A stretch of 63,784 nt of DNA, the filler included, from Bigelowiella natans CCMP2755 (Eukaryota > Protista > Cercozoa), in NCBI GenBank assembly GCA_000320545.1. It is 4 parts of 4 records of this genome, joined end to end, with 100 filler letters (N's around TTAATTAATTAA, not from the genome) between each part and the next. Parts side by side here need not be neighbours in the genome. Positions count along the whole stretch, not along the records: positions 27,941 to 56,582 come from ADNK01002196.1; 3 more parts are not named here. The stretch is one strand, 5' to 3'. Positions 36,996 to 50,129 of this stretch are shown in pieces. A model generated the notes under the pieces. It saw only the letters and a list, made by a program, of their open reading frames with translations, searched no databases and was not told where the DNA came from. Made by a program: the position numbers and the translations under genes. How positions within the stretch are numbered: the stretch's first letter is position 1; each line of letters opens with the position of its first letter.

Positions 36996-38086
36996 GTGTT
37001 GTTGCGGCTGTTTGTCGCTGTTGTCGACGTGACCGGCATCAAACACATTAGAAGGGATTTTCGAGGCATGCAAGCGTCTTCCCACCTCTCAGATACCCAC
37101 AAGCGTGGAGATACCTCGACGAAGGCTTCGATAACCGTCGGTCTTCCAAAAAGGGAGGCTGGGTACTGGGCATGGAGATTAGCGATCCTTGTGATGACAG
37201 CATTTTGGGGTGCGTATGTGCTTGTTACACCCTCACAAGTAGTATCTAATCTATCCCGAAGAAGTGTCTATGCGCCCGACGATGTAACAGCAACAAGAAC
37301 CAAAAAAATCGGTTTTAGAGACTATGTGGGGAGGGGGATTCGCTGTTTTCGTGCGCAAATACTGACGGTTCTCCTTCGATCAAACTTACAACATCCTGCT
37401 AGGATCTAACTTCGCTGTGATTCGATATTTCGCTGCTGCGTCTGACATATCTGGAGCGGCTGGCTCCCAGGTGTTCGTGTGTGTTAATGTGTGCTTGTGC
37501 GTGTATGTGTATGGAGACCTGTCATGTCGTTCGTCCTCTTCGTTGCTCAGTCGTAGCCTTCACTATCACCCTCATCATCATCCCTATGCTTTCATCTTCC
37601 CAGCCACTAGCCTCTCATCACCACCAAAATCTTCATCGTCGTCGTCGTCGTCGTCGTCGTCTTGACCGCCTTTGCAGATAAGCTCCAGCGTGTTCGCAAC
37701 GGTCCGCTTTGGAATGGCCGCCCTAACGCTGGCTCCTTTCCTATTTACGGGCACACGCCGTTCGCTTAAATCCGGCTTCCAAATTGGCCTTTTCGTGGCT
37801 CTCGGTACGAGCAGCAAGCGGGCTGCGGAATGAGACTGATTGAATGCCGTCGTAGCAAAACATTATTCATTTCGTTGTTCCGGTGGATGCGGAATTTTGG
37901 TGAAGAACCGTACCTCTTTCTTTCTATCTATAGGCTATATCGGTCAGGCCATTGGCCTGGAGACAACGACGGCAGAGAAGGCCGCGTTTATCTGCTCCTT
38001 GCAAGGTGCTACTTTGCCGATGTAGATGATCAACGAAGCCAAAATTGAATGCACACACGCACGCACGCACGCACGCATATACATGT

Positions 38087-38123
<37 letters not shown>

Positions 38124-39323
38124 TGTGTTTCCACCGTGTATATAACGTATATGGTGTGCTCCGCAGTCGTCTTCGTCGTTGCATTCTCCTCTTTAATTGG
38201 CAAAAAGTCGGTGGAAAAGAAAGGAGTTATAGCAGCTCTGCTAGGTAGTTGGTAGTAATCTACCGCCCCCCGCCCCCCCCCTCCCAAAAAAAAGGCTGTG
38301 ACCATCATTTTGAACTTCACTAATACGACCAGGCATTTTTGGTGTGGGCTTGCTCGAGCTTATGGGGGCTGCTGCGCCTTCGATTGGAGACATATGGTGA
38401 ACAGTTTGTTATAATAGTGATGATGACGAAAATGATGATGACGATGATGATGATGATGATGATAATGGCGAAACTCTTTATTCATTACCAGCAAAAGTAG
38501 TAATGATGCTAGATGCAAGGCAGCAATACTAATACACGACAGCAAGCAATCGTGCACCATTATATTCTAACCGCACGTTTATTCTTCGCAGGTGCCTAAT
38601 GATGCCCGCATCGTTTGGCCTGAGCTACGTCCTGGTGCGGGTCTTTTGCTCGTGCGCTGTCGTTTGATCCTACTTGCTTTATAACCCTCTGCTACTGCGG
38701 ATGCTGATGTATCTGATATCCTCCCCCTCCTCCTCCTCCTCCTCCTCCTCCTCCTCCTCCTCCTCCCCCTCCTTATGTTGAAAAGGTGGAGATCCCCTTC
38801 CCACTGTGCATCATCATCCCCATGAAACCGTAGGCTTTGCGGTGGGCAGTTTTCTCTGGCTGCTGGGGGAGCAATGGCAGCAAGGTGACGACGACTTTGC
38901 GATGAGAGAGGCGCCTTCGGTTTGCGAACCCGTCGGTCATACATAGATCGGATATCTGAAAAAAAACGCATTGGTGAATATCCGGACGAGATTTTGCCTG
39001 CGACCGCTGTGTTGGAAATATTGCTGGGAGGGCGCGGCTTGGTCCGGGTTGATTTCCCTGATCCTCGATTGCTTGTCGTTTTCATTAGGAAAACTGCGTT
39101 CCATGCTGCTTCCGTTGCTGACGTGGTCGCCGGATATACGCCCCGCTCTTGAGGGGCTTGGTTTGGTCAGCATATCACATCATGGGGAGGGAGGGGGGGA
39201 GGGATGGTCGGATAGATGATGATGATGATGATGACGCACAGTTCTCACTACTCTCATCACCCATCTGTCCTATCTGTCCCACCCTGCCTCTCGCACGCTT
39301 GCAAAAACGAAAATCTGGCAACG

Positions 39324-39369
<46 letters not shown>

Positions 39370-39990
39370 CCCCCCCCCTCTCTCTCGCTCGCTTTTTCTC
39401 TTTCTTCCAATATGTTCGAAATGTTGCGTACGGGTTTGTGCGCGCGGGTGTGTCTGTGAGTGCAGCGTCCCACATGCTCTCGCATGCTTTACGCGAGTGC
39501 ATTGCGTCTGATAATGGTTTTATTTGATCTGGTACTCCCACGCAGGCCGGCGCACCGACGTCCTTTTATCTTGGCTGCGCCTACACAGGTTGGCAAGGAG
39601 CGATATCTCGCCATTTTCGCTGTTGTTGTTCCCAACCAGAGTTAGCAGAAGTCGAGGCGTTTGAAGGACATGAGCTCAGCCAGATTTCCTCTGTCCCCCC
39701 CCCCCCCCCCCCCCCTCTTCTTTAGGCGTGATCACTACGGCAATCGCCATTGTCGCCCAGACGTATGCGTTCAAGAAGGTCCCCTCGACTGACGCGAGCG
39801 TCATTATCGTTTCAGAGCCGCTGTGGGCTGCCTTGTCGGCTGCTCTGATCCTCGGAGAACAACTCGGCGTCAAGGACTTACTAGGTAATGCGTCCAATAG
39901 AGAAAGCCGATTGAGATCTTATGTGCGGTGATGGTAGCGAGTGATGATGATGCTGCCGGACTGGAAAGATCATTGCCTTGTCGCCGTTGT

Positions 39991-40021
<31 letters not shown>

Positions 40022-40083
40022 ATGGTGGTAACACCGTGGTTATGATGGTCGCATTGACCACAGAAGAAGACGTGGGCGCATAG
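36996..40083 (+). CDS. EamA-like drug/metabolite transporter (DMT) family; multi-exon, ends approximate
   Basis: WRLAILVMTAFWG, FATVRFGMAALTLAPF, GYIGQAIGLETTTAEKAAFICSLQVVFV, GVITTAIAIVAQTYAFKKVPSTDASVIIVSEPLWAALSAALILGEQL. Confidence 0.78.
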
Positions 40084-40276
40084 TAGTATGCGCAGCCTCA
40101 AAATCGTTGCGGTTTCAAGAAAACTTGATGGCCGAAAACATGCCTATAGTTTTTGCCCTGCTGTAAATACGGCATTGGTCGCCTCTCGGGGTAGGAATTA
40201 TCGGTTTTCGCTCGTCTGATCCGACCATCACACGAACCACATCGCCATAACGTTGTTCAGCACGCACACGCTTAAA

Positions 40277-40346
<70 letters not shown>

Positions 40347-41099
40347 TGTGATGTATACATTCCTTCAGGCGGCAGCTTGATCGCGAGCGCTTGTCTCGTC
40401 AACTCGATGCAAAATGCGGATGTGGAGAGGGTCCTCAAAAGGTGCAAATAACAGAGGATTTCGGTGGAATTTGGACGCCATCACGATCACCACCGTCATC
40501 ACCGCCGCCGCAACTTCTCATCGTTGCCTTGTACGACAGGTTTCCTTTCACCGCGAAGGGTGATGACAGAGAAGGGGGGGGGGCAGGTGAAGAGGCCCAG
40601 CAAATCGATACCGACCGCTTGGGTTGATCGGTGCTGTACCGCAATGGCGAAAATAACAGATCCCAAGATAGGAGTAGCAGCTAGAGCATTATAGAAGGGA
40701 ACACGGTAGTAGTAGTTGTGCCGTAATTCCAGGAGGAGGGGGAAAGAGGGGGGGGAGGAGGATGCGCAAGGGAAAAGGATACCAGTTGTTAGCAGCAATG
40801 GCTAACTTTTGAAACTAAGCGACGAATATACGCATTATAGCAGCGCAAATTAGGTCGAAGATCGAACGGCATGATAGAATATACTTATTACATTTTACAC
40901 TACGTGCAAGCTCTTTTAGCGACTTCAACCTCGGTAGAGTTAGTTGTAGGGCCATCTGCACATCGTTGGGTTGAATTATCAGCTTTTACTATTCGACGTA
41001 CCGCCGGACCACAAGCTTGCTGTGTGAGGCCATGCATACACTAGCTTTCCAAGTACGTCATTGCTAATTTATATAATTTGGGAGTTCGAAAAAATCGAC

Positions 41100-42000
41100 A
41101 TCCAGGATAGATGTAAAATGCTGCCGTGTGCGAGGTCGCAGGTGGTCGTATCGCTAAGCATGATGTTTGTCGCATGTTTGTCGCCTATTTGTTGCTTCGG
41201 GGGGGCTAGGGGGGCTAGAGGGGCTAGCAGTGATAGCTAGCTAGAGTGCCAACTAGCTAGCTAGCCAATGCTAGAACGTTAAAACGGCCTTCTCGTAGTC
41301 ATAGTAACCCAGGACTTATTATAACAGCTAAAGACTCTACCTAATCTAGTAATGCGACACGGTGCGCAGCGCTACGCACAGTGCTAGTGCTAGCTAGCTA
41401 GCTGGAGTGGATGACATAGCTAGTTGTATGGCTACAAGTACTTGCTTGCAAGCTTGCATGATCATTTGCTGCATCTGCCTTGCTGCTCTAGCGCGCTAGC
41501 TAGCTTGCATGTACGGGCGCCTGCAGATGTGACATAGAGATAGCTGCGCCGCAGTTGCTTGCTGGCTGCTTAGCTGACTAGTTACGTACTTATTGCCGTG
41601 CCCTCAAAGCGCACAGCATGCATTTCCATAGCATGCTGCTAGTCCAACATGCACTGGCCCATGCTAGCAACAACAGGGCTAGATGGCATGGCTGCCGCAG
41701 TCTAGCAGTTCTAGAGTTGCTGACTAATAGCTGTACGTTGACACTATAAGAAATCTGTAGCTATATAGCTAGCTAGCTAGATAGTGCTGCGGTCTAGCGG
41801 TGGCACTTCTTTGCCCATCGCGTCGATTTCCACAGTACAGTTTCACAGCGCTACGTAAAATACTCAAGCGATCTTGCAACAATACATCGCGCATGCACCT
41901 CACTAGATGATATTGCTGTGTCTATTATCTAGCTCCGTATTCATACGTCAGAGATGATTAACAAACTAGCAAGCCCCATCCATGTCGTCATCGTATTCAT
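41100..42000. other. CTAG-enriched intergenic island
   Basis: About 30 CTAG in 41161-41940 by manual count versus about 3 expected by chance; non-coding. Confidence 0.75.
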
Positions 42001-42237
42001 ACTAAATTTTGCAATGATGAGACGACTACTACTACATAATATTAGCTACATACGCATACACACATACAAATACATACAATTTCACACTGATATATAATTT
42101 CCATCATCCACACTGGGTGAAAGGACAGAGCAAGTCGGTCACCATTGCATCGAATAAATAACATTTACAGCGAACTTTATTCCGCTTCTATTTCTGCTGC
42201 TGCCTCGGGTCACTAACGACAGCAGTGCCTCCTCCTT

Positions 42238-42554
42238 CTACTGCTGCGCTTGAGTAGCAGCAGCATATTGTGCTTGCTGTGCTGCCCATGCAGAGGCATC
42301 GTACCCATAGCCCGGATAGGCATAACCGTACTGCTGATAGTAGTCTGATCATGACATCAAAGGGGAGAGAAGATCAGATATATCATCATTGAAAACGAAA
42401 TTACGCCGGATGATGATTCCCACTACTCTGGCTTCAACAGCTGCAGCAAGCAGCAGGTAGCAATTTTGATAATATACAGCCAGGACGTATCCTACATTCT
42501 TGCCCGCCGCTAAACCAAACATTAGCGCAGCCTCTCCCTCCTTCCCCCACCTCT

Positions 42555-42606
<52 letters not shown>

Positions 42607-45600
42607 GACAGACAGACAGACCGACAGACAGACGAGGAGGGGGAGAGGGAGAGCACGCGAGAGAGAGGGTGCGGGAGAGAACCTGCATGACTCGAGTAGG
42701 AAGCAGCCGCAGCCGATTGCTGGGCAGTTGCTCCTGCTGCTGCTGATGCTGCAGCTCCTGTGCTATAAGCTGTTACATCCTGTGCCGTGCTTGCTATCGC
42801 TGCTTCCGTGGAAACTTGGCTCTGATCGGCGCCACTCGCCAGGCCTTCCGTAGACGATACTGCACCGACCTCTTGCTTGATCTGCTGCTGATGGGAAGAC
42901 GCTATAGTGCTTGCTGTTGACGAGGTTGGAGAATGAACGTAGCTTGCCTACGGTGCGCAGAGACGGCAAAGCAATGCAACTCAGCGAAGGGAAAAGATCA
43001 ATTTTGACAGGGATGATCATGGACGATCGGGCGACAACAACACTGTCCCCTGCCTAATCCTCGTTTTAACGAAAAATATTTGTGCCCAAAGGAACCGGGA
43101 TGAAACACGAAGATTAGGGGAGGGGGGGAAATGCAAAATTGGAACGATAGTCGCTCACTGAAAGGCGTGTTTGTCACAGTGGAGCTTACCAAAGGCCTTT
43201 TCTTCTCGAAAGACAAGAGAGGCGTGATAGTTGGGAATCGTTTCTGAATCGATTGTACGTCCTCCAGGCTCGGCGCATAATCACTTGCGTACTCTAGATA
43301 AAAGGAGGCTAGCACTTCCCTGTCCTGGGCCTGAAGCTTCGAATCTTCCGCTAACGCACGCTCGAAGATAGGCTTGATCTTATCAGTGTAGCTGGAGGAT
43401 ACGGAGTCCTCAAACGTAACGTACGCGAGCCAAAGGTCAGCACAATCTGTTCGATGCCTGAGGGCCTCTTCATAGATCTCACGTGCCCTGTTCGCATCCT
43501 TCTTGATCTTCGCGTAGAACTTGCCGGCGTTGACAGCTAGGAGAGGGATTTCCTCGAAGTTTGCTCCCTCCAACGCCGCGTCGTAGATCTTGCACGCTTC
43601 CTCTACATTTCCCCGTCGCCGCTCAAAGTTGGTTAGGTTTACGAGCCCTTGCACGAGACCGGGGGAGACATTCTCTAGAATGTGCTGGTAGATTCCCCGT
43701 GCCTGTTCTATATTGCCGTGTCTCTCCTCGAACAGCGCGTACTCCAAGAAGCATTCAGGCCTGGAAAATAGAAACGGATGTTGGTGATGATGTGATGTGA
43801 TGATGATGCTAATGTTGAAATCTCCTAAATTTTGCACCCCCCAGGATTTCACGTATCCCCCCGCCACCACCCTGATGCTTCATTGTCATCATCTCCCTAT
43901 TTTTTTGGGTTTCTTCTTCTTGTCTAATCACATACTGGCGTTTGGTGAAAATGCTCGTGGCCCGATTGTAGATGCTCCTAGCGTCAGCAACACCCGTCTC
44001 AAGGCCTTGGCCTTCAACAAACGTGGCGAATCGTATCCAGAACTCTGGGTAGTTGGCGCACGCAATGAGACAGCGCTCGTAGATCTTCACCGTCATGGGC
44101 CTAAATTGCTTGGCATCTTCTCGCACCCGTGCCTCACAGAAGTCCAGGTAGGAGTGCCAGTTCGATATGTCACTTTCGTTGAGGTCTTTGACGTGGAAAT
44201 AGGCTCGGGCGATGCGGTTCTCGAAGTAGTCTAGAGTTTCCTTTTCCAGCTTCGTCTTCAGATACACCTCTTTATGCTCCGCCATAATCTCATTGCGGTA
44301 CTTCTCGCTCTCTTCCACGCTGCTGGGGTTAAAGTCGCGTCCTGCCAATTCAGACAGTAGGTCCTTGACCGGGCGTTTGGATGCGAACTCCTCATACTTC
44401 TTGTAGTATTCATCTAGCATGGCCAGCGGCGTGCGAAGGATGCGCAGGTAAATCCCTGCGGCTCTTTGGTTCTCATCATGGCTAGTTTCGAACTCGATAT
44501 ATTTGTTCCAAAACTGATGTGATTGAAAGTCGGACCCGATTACCTTAGCGGCGCGCTCAAATCGCCTAGTTAGTCGGATTCAATAACATGTGGGTGCGCG
44601 GGGGGTGGCATAAACAAAACAAGTCAGAAAACAACGCGTTTCATGCAAAGAACATTATGGCGTACTATAAGAATTTTCAGTTGTGTAGAATTGCTGTTCG
44701 GATAACAACGCTCACCACCTTCTAGTTTCTGCTATTAAATCATCGTTCTCCGAGTCCATATCGATGGAGCAGTAGTATGTCCACATCTCATGGCAGTGCT
44801 CAGCTGCAGCGACGCCTTCTTCGCACACTTGCAGCTGGAGATTGGCGTGCCCGTAGCGCTTTTCGAGCTCGGCTAACTTTGTCCAATATCCGTAGCAAAA
44901 CGGGTATTCTTTTAGCAAAGCGCGAAGACACTCGCTGAGAGCCTTATAGTCGTCCTGAGTCGATCCATTGGGAATGGAGGTGGAAGGGAGAGAAGGGAAG
45001 GGAAATAGAAGGAACCAAAATGCCAATGATTAGTTTTTCGACAAGATTAGCATGTATAGGCGGAAGCCGGTACCAGCGGATTGTTACATCCTCCTTCATT
45101 CGGCTAAATGACGACGCTATGCTCTTTCCTCCCCCCCCACGAAGTTTGTTGACAACACCGAACGGCCATTAGGAGTAGGAATCATGAGGCTGCTGTTGCT
45201 GCGGCAATAGTAGTGGCTACGGCTACTGCAGCTATTCTGATTTGAATTTGGTAAAGAAACGGGCTACAATAAGTCTGATTGTGTACCTTCTGTTCCAAAC
45301 GTGAAGCTAGGCTAACCCAGGTGTCAAAATGTTCGGGATTTTCCTGTACTTCTTTCCACATCTTCTCCTCCTCAGATAGTTCTTTCGGTTTCGGAGGTTC
45401 CTCAGCTTTTACAGTGACAGCTGTCACCTCCTCGTTTTCAGTCTTTACTGCGTCCCTAGAATCCTCAGCAGTTTCTGGTTGAGTTGTGGTATCTTTCGTT
45501 GGAGAAGGAGGCGGGGCGGGCGCAGGCGCGGGTGCGGGTTCCCGTGGGGGTGCAGGTGTTGATTCTGTGTCCACTTCCATGCTTGATGGCTCGTCACTCT

Positions 45601-46128
45601 TCATATCGCCCTTTTCTTCGACAGTAAGTTTTTCGTCCATCGTTGATGTGGAAGACCCTTTTTTCTTTGAGGTCCTTTTTTCATCGCCACTATCATCTAC
45701 ATCATTAGATTTCCTAGTTCGGCGTCGCTTTCGCCTCTTTCGTCCTGTGTACATTAAATAAACCATTTTTAATATTTCTATGATCACGACCAGAAGGTAC
45801 AAGATGAAAGACTAATTTCATTTCGGACTTCCGCTGATAGTATGTTCCACCAAGTTTTCTCCAGCTTGCTGAATCCTCTCGTAAGAGGCGGCAAATTATT
45901 CATGCCGAGTTGAATACTAGCAGCATTTTCTTAAAAAAACTCTTTTCTACCTTTATCATTTAGACGCCTAAGCATAATGCTCTCCATTGCCGCCATCTTA
46001 AGCTTCATTTCCTGGTACATCTTTAGCATGTCCTGGCTATCGTCTTCGTCTTCATCTTCGTCCTCATCCTCGTCGAACCGATTTTCATCGTCCTCCAGCT
46101 TCCCCCTTTTTCGAGATCCTCGCCCCAT
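42238..46128 (-). CDS. PRPF39: Pre-mRNA processing factor 39 (U1 snRNP-associated HAT-repeat protein)
   Basis: WKEVQENPEHFDTWVSL, LLKEYPFCYGYWTKLAELE, FENRIARAYFHVKDL...NWHSYLDF, IYERCLIACANYPEFWIRFA, FEERHGNIEQAR; acidic N-terminal extension and Tyr/Gln-rich C-terminus YYQQYGYAYPGY; stop 42238-42240. Confidence 0.92.
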
Positions 46129-46742
46129 GCTGTAAGTTTAGAAGGAAGGCCTGCGAGTGAGTGCGCCGCCGCGTGCAACTAAATTGGGTTTTTAGTCACA
46201 GAGGAAGAGAGTTCAGATTCCAATGTTGGAACCTGCTATATCTTCATCCTGATAAATTGCGATAATGAACCGATTTTTTCATGTCTTCATACTTAAATAA
46301 TGTATATTTTTATATTTAGCATCTGAGATGTAATTTCCTCGCTCTTGAAATCCTCTCATTGCGCATCTCGCAGGGGAATCCCAATCGAATTACCGGTGAT
46401 TGAAGCACAAATAGGAGAAAGCTCCAGTATTCGTAGATTTGGACCTGTCGCTCTGGAGAATAAATATGTTCCAGATTCGCAGGGAAATTCCTTCAAAATA
46501 CGATAGGAAGGCTCATTCATACCTAATTTTCCAATGCATTTCCCCAATTTTTCATTCTAGAAATGCCTGTGATTAAAGGTAAAAATGTCTTCCATTTGTA
46601 AGACGGTGTTATAATATTAAGGGAATTTGGGAAGTTGTATACTCCTACAATATTCTTCTCGGCATATCGGCGAATTGTCTCTGTCGGTGAAATACTTAGG
46701 ACAAGTAATAAAGCGGCCGGCAGCGCACGGACCTCAGGCAAC

Positions 46743-47790
46743 ATGGTAGTTCTACGAAGATGTTCAGCAGTTGGGGAGGGTGTTAGATATAAATAGGGCA
46801 GAATTAAATGGGGAAGCGTTGTAAAGTTGAGATATAAAATGGGCGAATATCATTCACAGATCACAAAGTTTTAGAGATAGTAGCCAGTAGGGAAGAAAAC
46901 ATTCATACATGTGCCAAATTAACGAATATAGAACGAGGAATTGCGTTGGTCAAAATGTTACAATATAGCTTGCATCCATAGAAACATTCTTGCTCACACT
47001 CATTATTCTCTTGTGTTATTTTCAATTACAGGCGAAAGGACGCAGGGTTGCAGCAAACAAAAAAAGCAAGGCGGAGACCAAGCATGCCCACCTCTTCAAG
47101 AAGACCCCAAAGGACTTCCGCATCGGTCGCTCTGTGCAACCAAAACAGAACCTTAGCCGCTTCGTAAAATGGCCTCGATACATCCGTATCCAGAGGCAAA
47201 AGGCTATTCTTAAGCAGAGGCTTCGTGTCCCTCCTGCTGTCAACCAGTTCACCAACACAATTGACAAAAACCAGGCTATGACTCTCTTTAAACTTCTCGC
47301 CAAATACCGCCCTGAGAACAGGAAAGAGAAACAGGAGCGTTTGAAGGCTATCGCTGAAGAGAAGGTTAAAAATGCTAAGTCGGGCAATAAGGACAAGCCA
47401 AAGGTCCTGAAGTACGGTCTAAACCATATCACTAGCCTCGTTGAGAGCCGAAAGGCTAAACTCGTCGTAATTGCTCACGACGTCGATCCTATCGAGATGG
47501 TGATCTGGCTTCCTACCCTCTGCCGTAAGATGAAGGTTCCTTTCTGCATCGTAAAGGGAAAGGCTCGTCTTGGCGCTCTTTGTCACATGAAGACTTGCAC
47601 CGCAGTCGCTATTACCGATGTTGAAAAGCAAGATGATCGTGCCCTTAACCAGTTTGTTGCTTCCGTTGCACCTATGTATGAAGAAGCTCCACGCGCATGG
47701 GGTGCTGTTGGTTTCGGTATCAAGTCTCGCCACAAGATCCGTGCTCGCCAAAGGGAATTGGAGAAGGAAAAGGCCAAGAGATTTGGTTAA
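46743..47790 (+). CDS. RPL7A: 60S ribosomal protein L7a (eL8); exon 1 is the ATG only, exon 2 47032-47790
   Basis: FVKWPRYIRIQRQKAILKQRLRVPPAVNQF, LKYGLNHIT, LVVIAHDVDPIE, PFCIVKGKARLG; ATG|GTAGTT donor at 46746 and TTACAG acceptor at 47031. Confidence 0.97.
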
Positions 47791-48399
47791 CTTTCTTAGG
47801 ATGATAATACGGATTCGTGATGGAAAATTTTTGACGACTTCACATGATAGGCTAAGGAATTATGAATCTTTGAATTTATTAAGGAGACTCCGTCGTTGCA
47901 GCGACGTTTGGTGATAATAGTACGCATGTGTGCAGTGCAATTTTACATCAACATCTGTTATCTCAATTGATGATGAAACACCAATCGAGTAGTACAGCAT
48001 GCACAATCAAATAGCCAACATTTCTGCGCCATTAGTATGCAGCGCGGGCAGAGACGAAGCCGTAAGGGCTCATAAAAAATGCGGTGCTTCACATTAATGT
48101 TATCTATCCGGCTCTACTAGTCTAGTAGCTAGTAACTGTGTGAGACGGATGTAATGAAAGCATTTAAAAATTTTCAATTGTCATCCTAATGTAGCTGTGC
48201 AATGCAGCGGCTACAGCGCCTAAATTGTATCTGTTTGTTTCCTTTGTCACATGTTGCATGCTAGCATGCTTATTGCATGAAAATGCATTGCATGCGATTT
48301 GATCTGTGATCTGTCGATCATGCTAGCATGTCGTGCTTCATTGTTTGCGCGTTTGCGCGCAGCACCGCGAGTTCTTTTTTCTGCAATTGAGAGGCGTTT

Positions 48400-50009
48400 T
48401 GTTTTGTCGTTGCGGTCGACACATCGACGACATGCATGGCCGTCATGCAGTTGTTTGTTGAAGCTGAGTCTTTCTAGCTTTGAGGTCCGCATTTCCTGCA
48501 TTTCAAAAGATGGCTAGATGGTCCTCATCTTGCAGCATGTCACATGCGTTGCATGTCGCTTCTGTTTGTGTGCATTGTCCTCTGGACATCGTGAAGGTCC
48601 CAAGGTTGCGCCAAGATCACAAATGGCTCGCATCCATGATGGCGGTAGCTAGCAACCATGCTAGTGGATGCACAACACATGCACGCAGTAATTTTTTCAC
48701 ACACAAAGTTGACACGCACGCTGACTGGTGCGTGGGGTGGACGGGCGGGTGTGGTTCGTGAGAACGTGAACCTGGACAACGCACAGATGCACAACAAATG
48801 CCTGTGCACATCGCACACACATGTTGTGTTGCACATGTCCATCGTTGTCTGGCCATCACGCACTGAATCGTGCAATGCACCTTGAGATGGTGCCTCCTGC
48901 GATGACCTGCACGCTTGCTAGCTTGTGATGCATGTGATCGATGCATGCAACACGTGCTTTGTCCACAGTCGTGCAGTCATGCATCGCATGCAGTGTCGAT
49001 CTTCAGTTTGCTGCACATTCAACTGCACGAGGATTCATCTCACGTGCTGGCATCGCATGGCAAATTGCCCCAAATCCAATTGGCACAAGCTGACGCAAGT
49101 CAGCATGTTCCAACGGGCACGCCAGTGTGATCGATGAATTGATCGCAGTGGCATGCACGTTGTCCGCAATGCCAGAATGGCACACATTTGTTTGCCAACA
49201 GTCGCCACTTTTTTGATGCAAACGTCAAAGCCAACAGCTGCCCGATGCTTGTCTTGCTGACACCACTTTGACGCAATGGACATGCGCACGTGTCCGTGGT
49301 TGATGAGACATCATTGAATCATTTTGACATCACGTTCTCCATGAACGTGCAGTGTCAACACGTTTTTGGTCGCTCGGTGGGTCTGGACACTGGCAGGTGG
49401 TCGGGATCAAAACGTCAAAACACTCTGATGTTGTTGTTCTCCAATGTCAGCCTTTGGGCTTCGTGAAATCCGAACAATTTGCACAATGATCCTCAGTGTT
49501 TCCCACATCTCCAGTGGAGTTGAAAAACACACCCCTCCTAGCCTCCCTTTCCAGAGCCCTTTGACCCCTTGCCAGCTTGGCCGTGATGCGCCTTGCGAGG
49601 AAAGCGCAGGAAGCAGAAATCGAGGCCCCATCGTGGTGCGACAACGATCATGCCATCATCTAGTCATCTAGTCATCCCCGTGGCGGATGGCAAAATCAAA
49701 TTGGCGACGCACGTGTGCCACACTGACTGCCCATCACTGATTCAGCTAGGTGACTTTTGTTGTCATGCAAAGTTGTGCATGAGTTTTCCTTGTCTCCCAT
49801 CTCACGCTAGCACGCCATCATGGAGTGGAACAGTGGAACATCTAGCAACAGGAGTGACAGGAGCGACACAAATCTGCGAACAAGTGTTGTGCCTGAGCTC
49901 GAGGGAAAGCATGCTCTGAGGGTGCCTTGGGTGAATCAGTGGTGAAGAAAGAGAGAAAAAATTGTTTCTGTTGGCTGCAGGGATCATGGGACACGTTGGC
50001 ACGCTGACG
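48400..50009. other. TA-depleted island 3 (unidentified relic sequence)
   Basis: 48721-50040 contains 7 TA, all within CTAG; CG present at about 3 per 60 bp in the lines counted. Confidence 0.8.
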
Positions 50010-50125
50010 AATGAATGAATGAACAATGAACAATGATGACAAACTACATTTCCAAAGTGTTGCACCAAGACACTTGCAGTGTGCGAACTGGCGCAGTGCC
50101 TTGAACTGACTTCAGTGAGGTCCAA
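50010..50125 (-). mobile_element. 3'-end copy of the same LINE as 11955-12645
   Basis: GAATGAATGAACAATGAACAATGATGACAAACTACATTTCCAAAGTGTTGC...GCAGTGCCTTGAACTGACTTCAGTGAGG aligns to about 12000-12095. Confidence 0.8.
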
Positions 50126-50129
50126 CTGG

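Noticed and set aside
40115-40800. Possible small minus-strand gene
   Set aside because: Exon-like blocks exist but I could not assemble a consistent frame or recognise a motif.
41197-41228. GGGGCTAG repeats resembling telomeric sequence
   Set aside because: Only three irregular units within the CTAG-rich island; not a telomere array.
46746-47031. Possible snoRNA in the RPL7A intron
   Set aside because: No C box (RUGAUGA)/D box (CUGA) pair or convincing H/ACA hairpins seen.
48721-50040. CpG deamination or RIP as the cause of TG/CA excess
   Set aside because: CG remains near expected frequency and TA, which RIP would create, is what is missing.
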